64,000 bases of DNA. Origin: an uncultured Chthonomonadaceae bacterium. GTDB lineage: Bacteria; Armatimonadota; Chthonomonadetes; Chthonomonadales; Chthonomonadaceae. Each line of letters begins with the position of its first letter. Within the stretch, counting starts at the first letter, position 1. Shown here one piece after another: positions 10,300 to 20,803 of this stretch. The DNA is taken from NCBI GenBank assembly GCA_963835065.1, contig CAWIEK010000044.1, positions 192,001 through 256,000 on the forward strand, in the 5' to 3' direction. A model generated the notes under the pieces. The model worked only from the letters and a program-made list of their open reading frames with translations. It had not been told where the DNA came from and ran no database searches. Position numbers and translations under genes: made by a program.

Positions 10300-10479
10300 A
10301 ACCCGTAGATATATCGGGAACTAACAACGGCTTTGGGCGTCCTGTCAGGCGTTGAGTGGAAAATGGAGGCAACAGGCTGCCCACTCACCATGCCATCGCA
10401 ACTTTTGCTCGTTCTGACGCGGAAGCGAAACGAGCGGATTGAAACAGAACGAGCTATTTTGGAACAGAAGGAAACGATC

Positions 10480-11340
10480 ATGGGAATGACAGTGGTAGGA
10501 TTGTTTGAAACGCTTGCCGAAGCGCAGGCGGCGCGGCAGGAATTAAAAGACAGCGGGTTTGCCGCGCATGAGATTGATTTGCGCGAACCCTTCAGCGCGG
10601 AGCAGCGCGGGGGCGATATGAGCAGCCTGCTTGCGGAACTGCGCGACGATGGCGTTCCCGCAGAGGATGCGCGATTGTACGTTGCGGGCGTTCAGCAGGG
10701 CGACGCACTGGAATTTTTGCGTACGACGAACGACAAGGCGCAGCTTGCGCTTGACATTATGAACCGGCATGGCGCGCTGGACATTCACCACGCCCATGAG
10801 GTACGCGCGACCACAACAACGACAGCCACCGCCACAGGCGTAGGTACGGGAATGGCTGCCGCCGCTATGTCCACCGCCGCTGTTGCTGCCGCTCCCGTCA
10901 CGCAGACCATAAATACGGAAGGCGAAACGGTTTTGCCCGTCGTGGAAGAGGAAATCGTGCTGGGCAAGCGGGAAATCAACCGGGGCGGCGTTCGCGTGTA
11001 TACCCGCGTGACGGAAACGCCCGTGCAGGAAAGCATCAACCTGCGCGAAGAGCATGTCACAGTGGAGCGCCATGCCGTAGATCGCCCCGTAGACGCGGCC
11101 ACGATGAACAACCTGCGCAAAGGCGTGATCGAAGTGACGGAAACGGCGGAAGTGCCGGTTGTCGCCAAAGAAGCCCGCGTTGTCGAGGAAGTGGTTGTCG
11201 GCAAGCAGGCCACGGAGCGAACCGAAACTGTTCACGACACCGTTCGCCGCGCGGACGTGGAAGTGGAGCAGATCGCCGGACAGACCACAACAACGGGTAC
11301 GACGTTCGACACAATAACGACGACCGACCACAAAATTTAA
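10480..11340 (+). CDS. YsnF/AvaK (DUF2382) domain protein
   Basis: PVVEEEIVLGKR, LREEHVTVER, VVAKEARVVEEV and DTVRRADVEVE. Confidence 0.9.
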   Translation: MGMTVVGLFETLAEAQAARQELKDSGFAAHEIDLREPFSAEQRGGDMSSLLAELRDDGVPAEDARLYVAGVQQGDALEFLRTTNDKAQLALDIMNRHGALDIHHAHEVRATTTTTATATGVGTGMAAAAMSTAAVAAAPVTQTINTEGETVLPVVEEEIVLGKREINRGGVRVYTRVTETPVQESINLREEHVTVERHAVDRPVDAATMNNLRKGVIEVTETAEVPVVAKEARVVEEVVVGKQATERTETVHDTVRRADVEVEQIAGQTTTTGTTFDTITTTDHKI

Positions 11341-11400
11341 GCATGTTGTGTCCCTACGAATTTGAGCGGTATTGAAGATGAAAGAGTAGGAAAACTGAAG

Positions 11401-12261
11401 ATGGCGGATGAACGTAAACCGGAAACTAAGACCACCGTGACGGAAACCAGCGCGGTCAAGCCGAACGAGGATGGCGCGACCGCTTATCCCAACGGCAAAG
11501 GGAAATTCTCGCCCTGGTGGTTCCTGATATTGCTGGCCCCCTTGCTGTTGCTGCTGATGATAATGTACCGGAACAACAAAGCGAACAACACGGACACAAC
11601 CACAAACACGGTTGCGCCCGTTACGCGCAACGACAATAAACCGGTTGATAGAACGATAGCAACGCCCGGTATGGCGGCGGCAGATTCCACCGCCGCAATG
11701 CCCGGAAGCGGCGGCAGCATGGCCGGCGTTCCCGACAGCGCGGGAATGGTGGGGGATGGCACAGCGGACGCCGCGACAACCACCAGCCCGGACGCGGTTG
11801 CCGGAACGAGTGGGGCAGGCAGTGGCGCACCGGGCAAAGATACCAAAGTGTTCAGCGGCAAAGATATTGCCACTGGCGGAACCGCAACGGCCAGCAGCAA
11901 GGGTGAACCTTTGAGCGACGTTACGGATTTTACCAACGCTGCGGATCGCATGGCGCTGGTGGGGCGCAATGTGAAGCTGACGGATGTGAACGTACAGCGC
12001 GTCTTGACGGATCGCGCTTACTTCGTGGGCGCGGACGAGAACTCCAAGCTGCTTGTACTGCTGGACAAAGACATGAACGCCGGAGCCGGGCCACAGCGCG
12101 TGAAGATTATGCCCGGTCATAAGGTGTCGCTGACGGGCATTTTGCAGCCCGTCCCGACAGCGGAAATCGCCAACGAGCAGTACGGATTGGGAGCGCCCAA
12201 TTACAACGCGATTGCCAACGAGCAAGTCTATCTGCACGTCACGGTTGCGCAAAAGAAGTAG
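11401..12261 (+). CDS. Membrane-anchored hypothetical protein with low-complexity linker and OB-fold-like C-terminus
   Basis: PWWFLILL TM segment, Thr/Ala/Gly linker, LVGRNVKL domain. Confidence 0.7.
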   Translation: MADERKPETKTTVTETSAVKPNEDGATAYPNGKGKFSPWWFLILLAPLLLLLMIMYRNNKANNTDTTTNTVAPVTRNDNKPVDRTIATPGMAAADSTAAMPGSGGSMAGVPDSAGMVGDGTADAATTTSPDAVAGTSGAGSGAPGKDTKVFSGKDIATGGTATASSKGEPLSDVTDFTNAADRMALVGRNVKLTDVNVQRVLTDRAYFVGADENSKLLVLLDKDMNAGAGPQRVKIMPGHKVSLTGILQPVPTAEIANEQYGLGAPNYNAIANEQVYLHVTVAQKK

Positions 12262-12300
12262 GCGCGTTTCCCTCTGAGGTCAGGCGCTATTCTCCTCGCT

Positions 12301-12330
12301 TTGACGTATTGCCCCGCGCAATGGTAGAAT
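12301..12330 (+). promoter_or_regulatory. Sigma70-type promoter upstream of mtaB
   Basis: TTGACG-18 bp-TAGAAT with extended -10 TG. Confidence 0.55.
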
Positions 12331-12341
12331 AGCGGAAAGAT

Positions 12342-12462
12342 GGGTGTTCAGGTGTTCAGGTATTCAGGTATTCGGTTCACGACCTTACCGCGTCAAAATT
12401 ACCTTTGTACTTTTGTATTCCCGAACACCTGAATACCTGAACACCTGAACACCTGAACACCT
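12342..12462. repeat. Inverted 8-mer tandem arrays (GGTGTTCA)n...(GAACACCT)n
   Basis: Directly visible; the two arms are reverse complements. Confidence 0.85.
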
Positions 12463-12474
12463 GATCTGAGGAGT

Positions 12475-14077
12475 GTGCCCGTGCCGACCGCCGCTTTTAC
12501 TACCCTGGGCTGCAAGGTGAACCAGTACGAGACGCAGCGTATACTGGATGACTTTGAAGCGCGTGGGTTTACCATTACCGAATTCAACACGCCCGCCGAC
12601 GTGTACGTTATCAATACCTGCTCCGTAACGCAGGCGGCGGAGCGCAAATCCCGCCAGATGGTGCGCAAAGTAGCGCGTCAAAATCCCGAAGCGGTTGTGG
12701 TTATGACGGGCTGCTATGGCGAAATGGCGCAAATCAAGGGCGAAACCGTTGAAGAAGCCACGCTGCTTGTTCCCAACCACCAAAAGCTGGATACCTTAGC
12801 CCACGTCCTTCGCGCTTATCCACAATTGGAGCAGGACATCGCTTCCAATCCGCCCCTTGCCACCGCGCCGCCCGTTCACGCGCCGAACGCGCGCCACAAT
12901 CAAGGTTCAGGACGGCTGCAACGTGTTCTGCACCTTCTGCTCCATTCCCTACACCCGCAAAGTAATGCGTTCGCGTCCCGTCGGTGAAGTGGTTGCGGAA
13001 GTGGAGCGGCTGGCGAGGGACGGCAATAAAGAAGTGGTGATTACGGGCGTCCTTGTCGGCGCGTATGGGCAGGAAGCCGATTTCGCGGACCGCAACAGGA
13101 CTTATGAGCAGGGACTGTCGGCAACAACTTCGGACGCGCTTCACGTTACTACGCAATCGCAGCATTGGGCGATGGACAGGGAATATGCGCGTCCCGATTT
13201 GGCCGACCTGCTGCTGCGATTGGCGCAGGTGGAAGGCATCGAGCGCGTTCGCCTGTCGTCCATCGAGCCGACGCAGGTAACGGACAGGCTGCTGGACGCT
13301 TTCGCAAGCGAACCGAGGCTGTGCCGCCATCTGCATATCCCCCTGCAAAGCGGCGATACGGGCGTTCTCAACGCCATGAACCGCCCCTACGATCAGGAAT
13401 TCTATTTGGAACGCTGCCGGGCGGCGTATGCGCGTATTCCCGGCCTTGCCATCACCGCCGACATCATGGTAGGCTTTCCGGGTGAAGACCGCGCCGCCTT
13501 TGAAAACACGCTCCATGTTGTACGCGAAGTCGGTTATGCCCGCGCCCATTTATTCCGCTACTCACCCCGCCCCAACACGCCCGCCGCCGACTACGCGCAG
13601 GTGTCCGAGGAAGAAAAGGAAGCCCGCAGCAAAGAACTCGCCGCAGCCTGCCGCGTCACGCAGCAAGCCTTCATACAGCGCTATCTTGGCCGCGAATTGG
13701 ACGTGCTGGTAGAAGGGAAAGAGGGAAGGGAAGAAAAGGAGAAAAGGAGAAAAGGAGAAGAGGAGACAGAGGCGGAAACAGGGGAGAACGCTGATAAAGA
13801 CCGGGAATCTTTAACATTCAACCCTCAACCCGGGCGTCCACCCGCAGGGAAGGACACAACCCTCAACTCTCAACTCCTCAGTGGGTATACGAGCAACTAT
13901 ATTCGGGTGCAGTTTACAGGCGGGTCGCATTTGATCGGCACGATTGCGCGGGTTCGGCTGCTGGAGCCGACGGGGGAAGGCGCGATTGGCGAGGTTGGCG
14001 GCGCGCACTTCGGCCCGCAGGAAGCCCCGCCCGACGCCGATTTCATTCCCCTCGCTACGTTTGCGGCGACATTGTAG
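12475..14077 (+). CDS. mtaB: tRNA methylthiotransferase MtaB (frameshift near 12855)
   Basis: TLGCKVNQYET, INTCSVT, KVQDGCNVFCTFC radical SAM motif, HLHIPLQSG; the two frames join if one C is removed from a C4 run. Confidence 0.9.
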
Positions 14078-14182
14078 CGGCTCAAACATCGCTTCCGATT
14101 TACCGCCAAGACAAGTCGGCAACGCAACAAAATAGACCGTGTAAAAAGACTCTTCATAGAGGCTTTTGCCCTGACAGCCGGA

Positions 14183-16096
14183 ATGAAGTTTGTTAATATG
14201 GGATTTGCGATAAAATCAACCTTTTTTCCATCCAATGCCTTTTCCCACCTACAAAAACAGTTGCCTCTGTTCGTATTAGGCAACGTACTTTTGTTGCCCG
14301 TAGGTGTTTGCGTTGCGCAACAGACGCCAACCAACACGGCGAGTAAAATTTTATTTACACCTTCTGCTATGGACACGCTCACCCAAGATGCGCGGCTAAA
14401 CCGTCTTGTTACGTTTGAAAAAATTGGAACTCCACTTGGTGAATTGCTGCGCTCGTTGAACAACAAAGAATTAACCCTGAGTGTTAATCGGACGTGTGAT
14501 GGTCAGAAACTGCAAGTGCGCCTGAAGCAGCGTTCGCTGCGCACATTGATGCAGGCGCTTGCGGAACTCATGCCGGGAGAGTGGACCGCAAAGGAAGATG
14601 GGAGTGGATACCTCTTTCGCATGACCAATCAAGCCGTTACGCGGCGGCAAAGGTGGTGGGAGTTATTTCTATCCGAACGTGAGAAAGCGTTGGCGGCTCA
14701 ACGCGCCTGGGTGCTTCAAAATCTGCGCGGTGAGCGGCCTGCGGTTCAAGAGTTTGACATCAGCCCGGAACAACACGCCCAACGTCAGGCAGGGCAAGAG
14801 TTCTTCAAGCTGCTGTCGCCCGATTTGCAGGAGCGTCTTGCCAATCAAATGGACGAGACAACCTTTTACCGCAACAGCTTTGGCACGAGCAACACGGAAA
14901 GCGCTCTTGTGCTTCCCATGTCCGACTTGCCTCCGGCAGCAAGGGAGGCCGCGCGCAAGTACCTGCTTAAAATGCCCAATCTGCCCGCCGATTTCAACCC
15001 GGATGCGGCAATGGCGCGTCTTACCAATGGCGGCATCAACGTCATGGCAGGCTTTACGCTGCCGGATGGACGCGATACCGGAACCGCCTTTGACGGCAAC
15101 CTTCCGGGAGTTAGCGCTGCGATGCCATTGCTCACGCCGGATCAGTCTCGCTTGCCTGGTATTGTGCAGCGTCTTGGTAAAGAAGCGCCGGAAGGCTGGA
15201 AACAGCTTGCCGCCTATCAGCAAAGCAAAGTTTGGCGCAACACCCCACCAGACAAAGTTACCCTGCGGGAAAGGCAGCGCAGGCGTACGGAAACGCTTCA
15301 ATGGCTGGGAAATACAGCCAATGTGGAATACGTTGCCGATTACTACTCTCGAAGTGGGAGCGGCATGACAAGCGCGGAAAAGGCGGACACTCCCAAGCGG
15401 ACGCCACAAGCAGAATTTGATGCCCTGGCAGCCGCTCTTGACGTAAGCTGGAAACAAGTCGACTCTGTATACCTGGTGCGTGACAACCGCTGGTATCGTA
15501 ATGATTGGCTGGAAGTGCCTGCATCCACACTGCGGCGATGGCAGCCGTTCCTTGCTTTGCGACCGGAGAAACATGCGCCCTCAGACGCGACGCGCGCCTT
15601 GACGCAGCAGCGCTTGCGGAAGTTGTGCGATTGGCAAGCGGATGTTGTGAATGCCCTTTCTCCCTGGCAGATCGGATGGGGATTAAAATACGCGCAAATA
15701 GAATTGAGCGGCGAAACGACGGAAGCCTTTGTTAAACGCCAGCCCAAAAAGCAGCGCTTGACGCATGAGGATGGAACGGCAACAGAGTATACGCTTCCCT
15801 GGGAAGACTATCCTTTTTGGGAGCCCGTTGAGGCTTTGCTTAATCACTACAAACTGGCGCAATTCTACGCGGCGTTAGACACCGGAGCGCGTACAGCGTT
15901 GCTGCAAGACGGCCTTGATTTTGCTTCCCTGCCCGCTGACGCGCAGGCGCAGGCATTGTATTTGATTCCGAACTTGCGGATTTGGGGCAGTCAGCATCCG
16001 GGCAGGCCGGTTCGTCTGCGCCTGCGCCAATCCTTGCCGCCGGGGATTGTGCCGGTTGGCGCAATCATGGGAGCGCTGGAATTCACGCCTTTGTAA
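14183..16096 (+). CDS. Large secreted hypothetical protein
   Basis: 637-aa open frame, signal-like segment, DARL..LVT and YVADYY motifs; start uncertain. Confidence 0.7.
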   Translation: MKFVNMGFAIKSTFFPSNAFSHLQKQLPLFVLGNVLLLPVGVCVAQQTPTNTASKILFTPSAMDTLTQDARLNRLVTFEKIGTPLGELLRSLNNKELTLSVNRTCDGQKLQVRLKQRSLRTLMQALAELMPGEWTAKEDGSGYLFRMTNQAVTRRQRWWELFLSEREKALAAQRAWVLQNLRGERPAVQEFDISPEQHAQRQAGQEFFKLLSPDLQERLANQMDETTFYRNSFGTSNTESALVLPMSDLPPAAREAARKYLLKMPNLPADFNPDAAMARLTNGGINVMAGFTLPDGRDTGTAFDGNLPGVSAAMPLLTPDQSRLPGIVQRLGKEAPEGWKQLAAYQQSKVWRNTPPDKVTLRERQRRRTETLQWLGNTANVEYVADYYSRSGSGMTSAEKADTPKRTPQAEFDALAAALDVSWKQVDSVYLVRDNRWYRNDWLEVPASTLRRWQPFLALRPEKHAPSDATRALTQQRLRKLCDWQADVVNALSPWQIGWGLKYAQIELSGETTEAFVKRQPKKQRLTHEDGTATEYTLPWEDYPFWEPVEALLNHYKLAQFYAALDTGARTALLQDGLDFASLPADAQAQALYLIPNLRIWGSQHPGRPVRLRLRQSLPPGIVPVGAIMGALEFTPL

Positions 16097-16222
16097 CCCG
16101 ATGCATCCCAATATGAGCCGTCCAAACGGCGCGTTCAGCCTTGCGGCGTAACAGATTCCTGCTGTTGCGCCGCAGCGCGTTAATCAGGCGTTTTTTCCTG
16201 CCGCGAATTGAGGCGCAACTAT

Positions 16223-16251
16223 TTGACATGGCGCGTCTGTCATGCTATAAT
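16223..16251 (+). promoter_or_regulatory. Consensus sigma70 promoter of tRNA-Ser
   Basis: TTGACA-17 bp-TATAAT with extended -10 TG, 13 nt before the tRNA. Confidence 0.9.
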
Positions 16252-16264
16252 GAACAGACAGTCT

Positions 16265-16353
16265 GGAGTGATGTCCGAGTTGGTCTAAGGAGCACGACTG
16301 GAAATCGTGTATACGCCAAAAGCGTATCAAGGGTTCGAATCCCTTTCACTCCG
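16265..16353 (+). tRNA. tRNA-Ser(GGA)
   Basis: GGAGTGA/TCACTCC acceptor stem, CACGA-CTGGAAA-TCGTG anticodon arm, long variable arm, GGTTCGAATCC T-loop; CCA not encoded. Confidence 0.97.
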
Positions 16354-16592
16354 TTCCATTATCGGTGTTAGGTATTGGGTATTCGGTGTTTGGGAGTTTC
16401 GCTTGCAACAGGCGCTCTGCGATTGAATAGCGTATTGGGGGATGGGCGTGGCCTTTGCTATGCTGCATCCCCTGTTTTGTTCCTGTTCGCTTAACATCAT
16501 TGTGTTTCAAACATTCGCGCATGTTCGTGTTTCCACGCTTTGGCTGCCCTGCGCTCATTCTGTTGTGTTTGTGTCTGTTGAAGGAGAACCGC

Positions 16593-18191
16593 TTGCCCAC
16601 GCGCTTCCATTCGCGTTCATCCCTCCGCCTGCTTTGCCGCTATTCCTGGCTTGGCCTTGCCCTGCCGTGCGTCTATTTTGGCGCTGCCGGGCTTGCGTTT
16701 TCCGTTCGCCAGCATCAGGCCAATGCCGCCCGCGCCGGACTGCGCCTGCCGGTTTTACCCGCGCCCACCGCCGCCACCCGCCTGATGGTTTTTGCCCCCC
16801 ATTGCGACGATGAAACTTTGGGCTGCGCCGGATTGATGCAGCAGACCGTACAGGCCGGCGGCAAAGCGCAGGTCGTGATCTTGACCAACGGCGACGGTTT
16901 TCGCGCCGCTGTGGAGTGTCAGACGGGACGCCTGCGCGTGGAGCCGCAGGATTATGTTCGTTTCGCGGATTTGCGCCAGCAGGAGTCGTTGCGCGCCCTT
17001 GCCAACCTGGGCGTCACGGCGGACAACGTACATTTTTTAGGCTATCCTGATCAGGGATTGCTCGCCCTGTGGAACGACAACTGGACGCCCGACCATTTGT
17101 ACACCTCCCTGACCACGCGCTGCGATCACGCGCCGTATGCAAAGGTGTTTCGTTCGCAAACGGCATATTGCGGCCAGAATGTATTGGATGACATCAAAGC
17201 CGCCCTGCGCGCGTTCCGGCCCACGCTCGTCACGATCACGCACCCTTCCGAAGACCACGCCGACCACGCCGCTTCTGCCGCGTTCGTGGACCGCGCCTTG
17301 CAGGAATTGCGCGAAGACCCGCAGGATGCGGCGTGGGCAAAACAAACCCGGCTGGAACACTACCTGGTGCATCGGGGCGATTGGCCCCTGCCGCAAAAAT
17401 CTAATGCAGCTTCCCCGCTCCTGCCGCCTGTCGAATTGGCGCAGGCCGATACGCGCTGGACCGTTTTGCCGCTCACGCCCGCCCAAACCCAACGCAAAGC
17501 GCAAAGCATCAATTTGTATCCCAGTCAAACCGCCATGATGGGCCGCTTTTTGAACGCTTTTGCCGGCAGCACGGAACTGTACGGCGACCTGCCCGACACC
17601 CATTTAGCAACCGTGCCGGATGGCGCGATACATGGGGACGCGCGTGACGCGGACTGGCAAGCCTTGCCGCCCTGCCTGCTCGATCCCATCCGCGACAATG
17701 TGCTGCGCGATTTGCAGGGCAGTGGCGACATTCGCGCCCTGTATGCCTGCCATGACAGCCATTACTTATATGTTCGCCTGGATTGCCGCCAGCCCGTGAG
17801 CCGCCGCCTGTCCTACTCGCTGCATCTGCGCGCGTTCGGCACAAACGGCGCAACGGCTGCCCACGCCCTGCTTATCAACCTGCGCCCCGCCCGCGCCACA
17901 ACCACCCTTGCCAACGGCATCCGCCTGTCCTCCCACAACCGCCAACTCGAAGCCGCTATTCCGCTGGCCGTTTTGATGGAAGGCATTGGGGAAGAAGAGA
18001 AGAAGAGAAGACGAGAAGACGAGAAGACAGAAGACAGAAGACAGAAGGCAGAAGGGAGCCAACTATCAACTATCAACTATCAACTATCAACTCCTCCTTC
18101 ATCCTTGCGCACTATCGCCGTGAGCGCGGAAACGTGGGGGGGGATTGAGATAGATAAGACGGGGGTTCGGTTTTTGCAGGTTGACCGATGA
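16593..18191 (+). CDS. PIG-L family deacetylase with C-terminal beta-rich domain
   Basis: APHCDDE, LTNGDG, FLGYPD and DHADH; TTG start after AGGAG. Confidence 0.88.
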   Translation: MPTRFHSRSSLRLLCRYSWLGLALPCVYFGAAGLAFSVRQHQANAARAGLRLPVLPAPTAATRLMVFAPHCDDETLGCAGLMQQTVQAGGKAQVVILTNGDGFRAAVECQTGRLRVEPQDYVRFADLRQQESLRALANLGVTADNVHFLGYPDQGLLALWNDNWTPDHLYTSLTTRCDHAPYAKVFRSQTAYCGQNVLDDIKAALRAFRPTLVTITHPSEDHADHAASAAFVDRALQELREDPQDAAWAKQTRLEHYLVHRGDWPLPQKSNAASPLLPPVELAQADTRWTVLPLTPAQTQRKAQSINLYPSQTAMMGRFLNAFAGSTELYGDLPDTHLATVPDGAIHGDARDADWQALPPCLLDPIRDNVLRDLQGSGDIRALYACHDSHYLYVRLDCRQPVSRRLSYSLHLRAFGTNGATAAHALLINLRPARATTTLANGIRLSSHNRQLEAAIPLAVLMEGIGEEEKKRRREDEKTEDRRQKAEGSQLSTINYQLSTPPSSLRTIAVSAETWGGIEIDKTGVRFLQVDR

Positions 18192-18270
18192 TAGAAGTTA
18201 GATTGAGGCGAGTTGGCATAAAGCGGGTTGGAATTATGGGATTTGAATCAACAGGATTTGGAATGGCGTG

Positions 18271-18924
18271 ATGCGACTTGGAATTATGGGCGGCACATTC
18301 GATCCGATCCATTTCGGACATTTGTTTGTGGCGGAAGAAGCGCGCTGCCGCTTTGGGCTGGACAAGGTTTTGTTTGTGCCTAATGGTGTGCCGCCACACA
18401 AAAAAGGGTATGTGATTACCGCGCCTTCACACCGCTACAACATGGCGCTGCTTGCCACGCACCCGAACGGCGCGTTTGGCTGCTCGCCCGTTGAAGTCAC
18501 GCGCAACGGGCCTTCCTATACGGTAGACACGCTGACGCAACTGCGCCAACAGCACTCGGACGCGGAACTTTTTTACATCAGCGGCGTAGACGCGGTAGCC
18601 GATATTCTCAGTTGGAAGCGGCACGAGGAAGTGGTGCAGCTGGCGACGTTTATTGCCGCCACGCGCCCCGGCTTCGACCTGCGCAGCCTGAAGGAGCGTT
18701 TGCCTGGCGCGTACCTGACCCGTATTCTGCTGTTGGGTTCCACCGCGATAGGCATTTCTTCTTCAGATATGCGGCAGCGGATGGCGCAGGGCTTACCCAT
18801 TCGCTACATGACGCCGGATGTCGTGATTGATTACATTCGCAAGCACAATTTGTACGCCAACGCCGCCCCGCCCGCGCGCAGCAGCGAAGACACCAATACG
18901 CTTGCCGATACCACCGCTTCGTAA
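18271..18924 (+). CDS. nadD: Nicotinate-nucleotide adenylyltransferase
   Basis: GGTFDPIHFGH, PPHK, SYTVDT and ISSS. Confidence 0.96.
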   Translation: MRLGIMGGTFDPIHFGHLFVAEEARCRFGLDKVLFVPNGVPPHKKGYVITAPSHRYNMALLATHPNGAFGCSPVEVTRNGPSYTVDTLTQLRQQHSDAELFYISGVDAVADILSWKRHEEVVQLATFIAATRPGFDLRSLKERLPGAYLTRILLLGSTAIGISSSDMRQRMAQGLPIRYMTPDVVIDYIRKHNLYANAAPPARSSEDTNTLADTTAS

Positions 18925-18972
18925 AATGCAGTAAGGAACGTTATGACCGAGACACAGGAAAGGGGCGCAAGT

Positions 18973-19524
18973 ATGCCCGATCAACCAAGTACGCTGGATA
19001 CGCAGGACGCGGATTTTGAACTTCAAGAGGACGCCGAACAGGACGAGCAGGAATTCGAATCGCCCCTTACGGAAGTTATACCGCCCGCCCGCCCGGCTTC
19101 CAATCTGGATACGGAAGAAAGAATGCGCCTGATTGTCGGCGCTGCCGACGCGGTGCGCGCCGAGGACATTGAAGTTCTCGACCTGCGCGAATTGACCATC
19201 ATTGCCGACTTCTTTATGATCTGCACGGGCAAATCGAGCATCCAACTGCGCGCCATTGCCGACCGCATTGACGAGCGCATGCGCGAAGAAGGTATTCGCA
19301 AGCCCCGCATTGAAGGCTATCAGGAAGCGACGTGGATACTGCTGGATTACGGCGACGTGGTTTGTCACCTTATGGCTGCCGAACAGCGCGCCTTTTATCG
19401 GCTGGAAGAGTTCTGGGCCGCCGCGCCCCGTATGGAACTGGAACTGCTGCCGGAAGAAGCCCGCAACGTTCGCGGGGTTCCTACCCGCTTTGAAACGCTG
19501 ACAGAAGAGGTAGACGGTAGATAG
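18973..19524 (+). CDS. rsfS: Ribosome silencing factor with acidic N-terminal extension
   Basis: DFFMICTG, WILLDYGDVVCH and FYRLEEFW; follows nadD. Confidence 0.93.
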   Translation: MPDQPSTLDTQDADFELQEDAEQDEQEFESPLTEVIPPARPASNLDTEERMRLIVGAADAVRAEDIEVLDLRELTIIADFFMICTGKSSIQLRAIADRIDERMREEGIRKPRIEGYQEATWILLDYGDVVCHLMAAEQRAFYRLEEFWAAAPRMELELLPEEARNVRGVPTRFETLTEEVDGR

Positions 19525-19610
19525 GTAGATGGGTAGACGGCAGCGCAGCAGTTGAAAGAACAGGCAGAGGAACAAGACGGCAGAGGCAGGCAGAAGGCGG
19601 GACAGGGCAG

Positions 19611-20666
19611 ATGGACACAAAATCACAATCGGCAATCCCCAATCCACAACCCCCAATCGAAAATCGGCAATCGGCAACCGTCAATCCGCCCCCGCCAGTT
19701 GAGAACAATCCGCTTCCGGTGGGTGGCGATGCGGATAAGTTGCTGGCGGACGCGGCGAAACGGAAGAAGATCGAGGCGGACTTGCGCGGCATGGGCATGT
19801 CACCCTTCGAGATACAAAAACTGCTTAATGCCGATTCGCATACGTTTGATGCCGAGGCCGCGCCTGCGCTGTCCGCTCCCACGAATACCTCTGCTTTTCC
19901 CGCCCGTGCCGCTGTTTCCGCTCCGTCGTCCCTGCCGCCCCTGCCCCTGCCGCCCACGCCGGCAAAGTCCGCCAAACCCGCCCGCGCTTCCCTGGAATCC
20001 ATGCAGGCGTATGCGGCGGAATTGATGGCGCAAAAGGCCGCCGCGCAGGTGCAGACGGTGCGGGAAGTGTCCCTCGACCTGCCGCCGTTCCGCGAGTCCT
20101 CCCTGCAGGAAGTGCGGCAGGCGGAACCTCTCTTACGCGATGCGGCCATGCTGCGGCGCAAAGAGAAATTTCGAGACGCGGAAATCAAGGCCCGCGAGGC
20201 GCTGCAATTCGTGCCCAAAGACGCCGCCGCTTTGGAATTGCTCGGCGACATTGTGCAGGGCGTGGCCCGCATTGATGAAGCGCTTGCTCTTTACAAACGC
20301 GCTCTGGAAGCCGACCCCAAACGCTCGTCTGCGGAGCGCAAGTACGGCGAACTGCTGGTTTTACAGCAAAACTGGAACGCCGTTGACCCGGAAGCCGTTG
20401 ACCGCAACCCCTGGTTTGCCCGCCTGCTGTCCCTGCTCCTGCCCGGCCTGGGACAATTCCACAACGGCGAAATCGGCAAGGGCTTGTTTTTCCTCGGACT
20501 GGACGCGGTTTGCTTCTTTCTGCTGCGCTCCCCCTACGGCTTCGGCACCCACCACCCCATCGGCCTCAGCCAGGTCGCCTGCATCGTCCTGACCGTCGTA
20601 GTCTACATCGCAGCCCTCGCCGATACCAATGTCGTCGTCCAAACCGGCCCCCGGCAACGCGGATGA
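19611..20666 (+). CDS. TPR-containing membrane protein
   Basis: TPR helices; LSLLLPGLGQFHNG motif and TM segments. Confidence 0.75.
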   Translation: MDTKSQSAIPNPQPPIENRQSATVNPPPPVENNPLPVGGDADKLLADAAKRKKIEADLRGMGMSPFEIQKLLNADSHTFDAEAAPALSAPTNTSAFPARAAVSAPSSLPPLPLPPTPAKSAKPARASLESMQAYAAELMAQKAAAQVQTVREVSLDLPPFRESSLQEVRQAEPLLRDAAMLRRKEKFRDAEIKAREALQFVPKDAAALELLGDIVQGVARIDEALALYKRALEADPKRSSAERKYGELLVLQQNWNAVDPEAVDRNPWFARLLSLLLPGLGQFHNGEIGKGLFFLGLDAVCFFLLRSPYGFGTHHPIGLSQVACIVLTVVVYIAALADTNVVVQTGPRQRG

Positions 20667-20669
20667 AAT

Positions 20670-20803
20670 TGAACCACCAAGACACCAAGAACACCAAGAG
20701 AAGAAAAGAAGAAAACAGATGAATAAATTGTGGTTGAACTGATGTTCTTTTCTTTCGCTTTTCTTATTGTCTTTATTGGTGTTCTTGGTGTCTTGGTGGT
20801 TCA
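20670..20803. repeat. Palindromic element with perfect 28-bp terminal IR between convergent genes
   Basis: TGAACCACCAAGACACCAAGAACACCAA and its reverse complement; overlaps the tatD stop codon. Confidence 0.85.

Noticed and set aside
12850..12890. Programmed frameshifting in mtaB and the other split genes
   Set aside because: No shared slippery site or stimulator; better explained by sequence error
16265..16460. Genomic island integrated at tRNA-Ser
   Set aside because: No integrase, and no duplicated tRNA 3' end noticed
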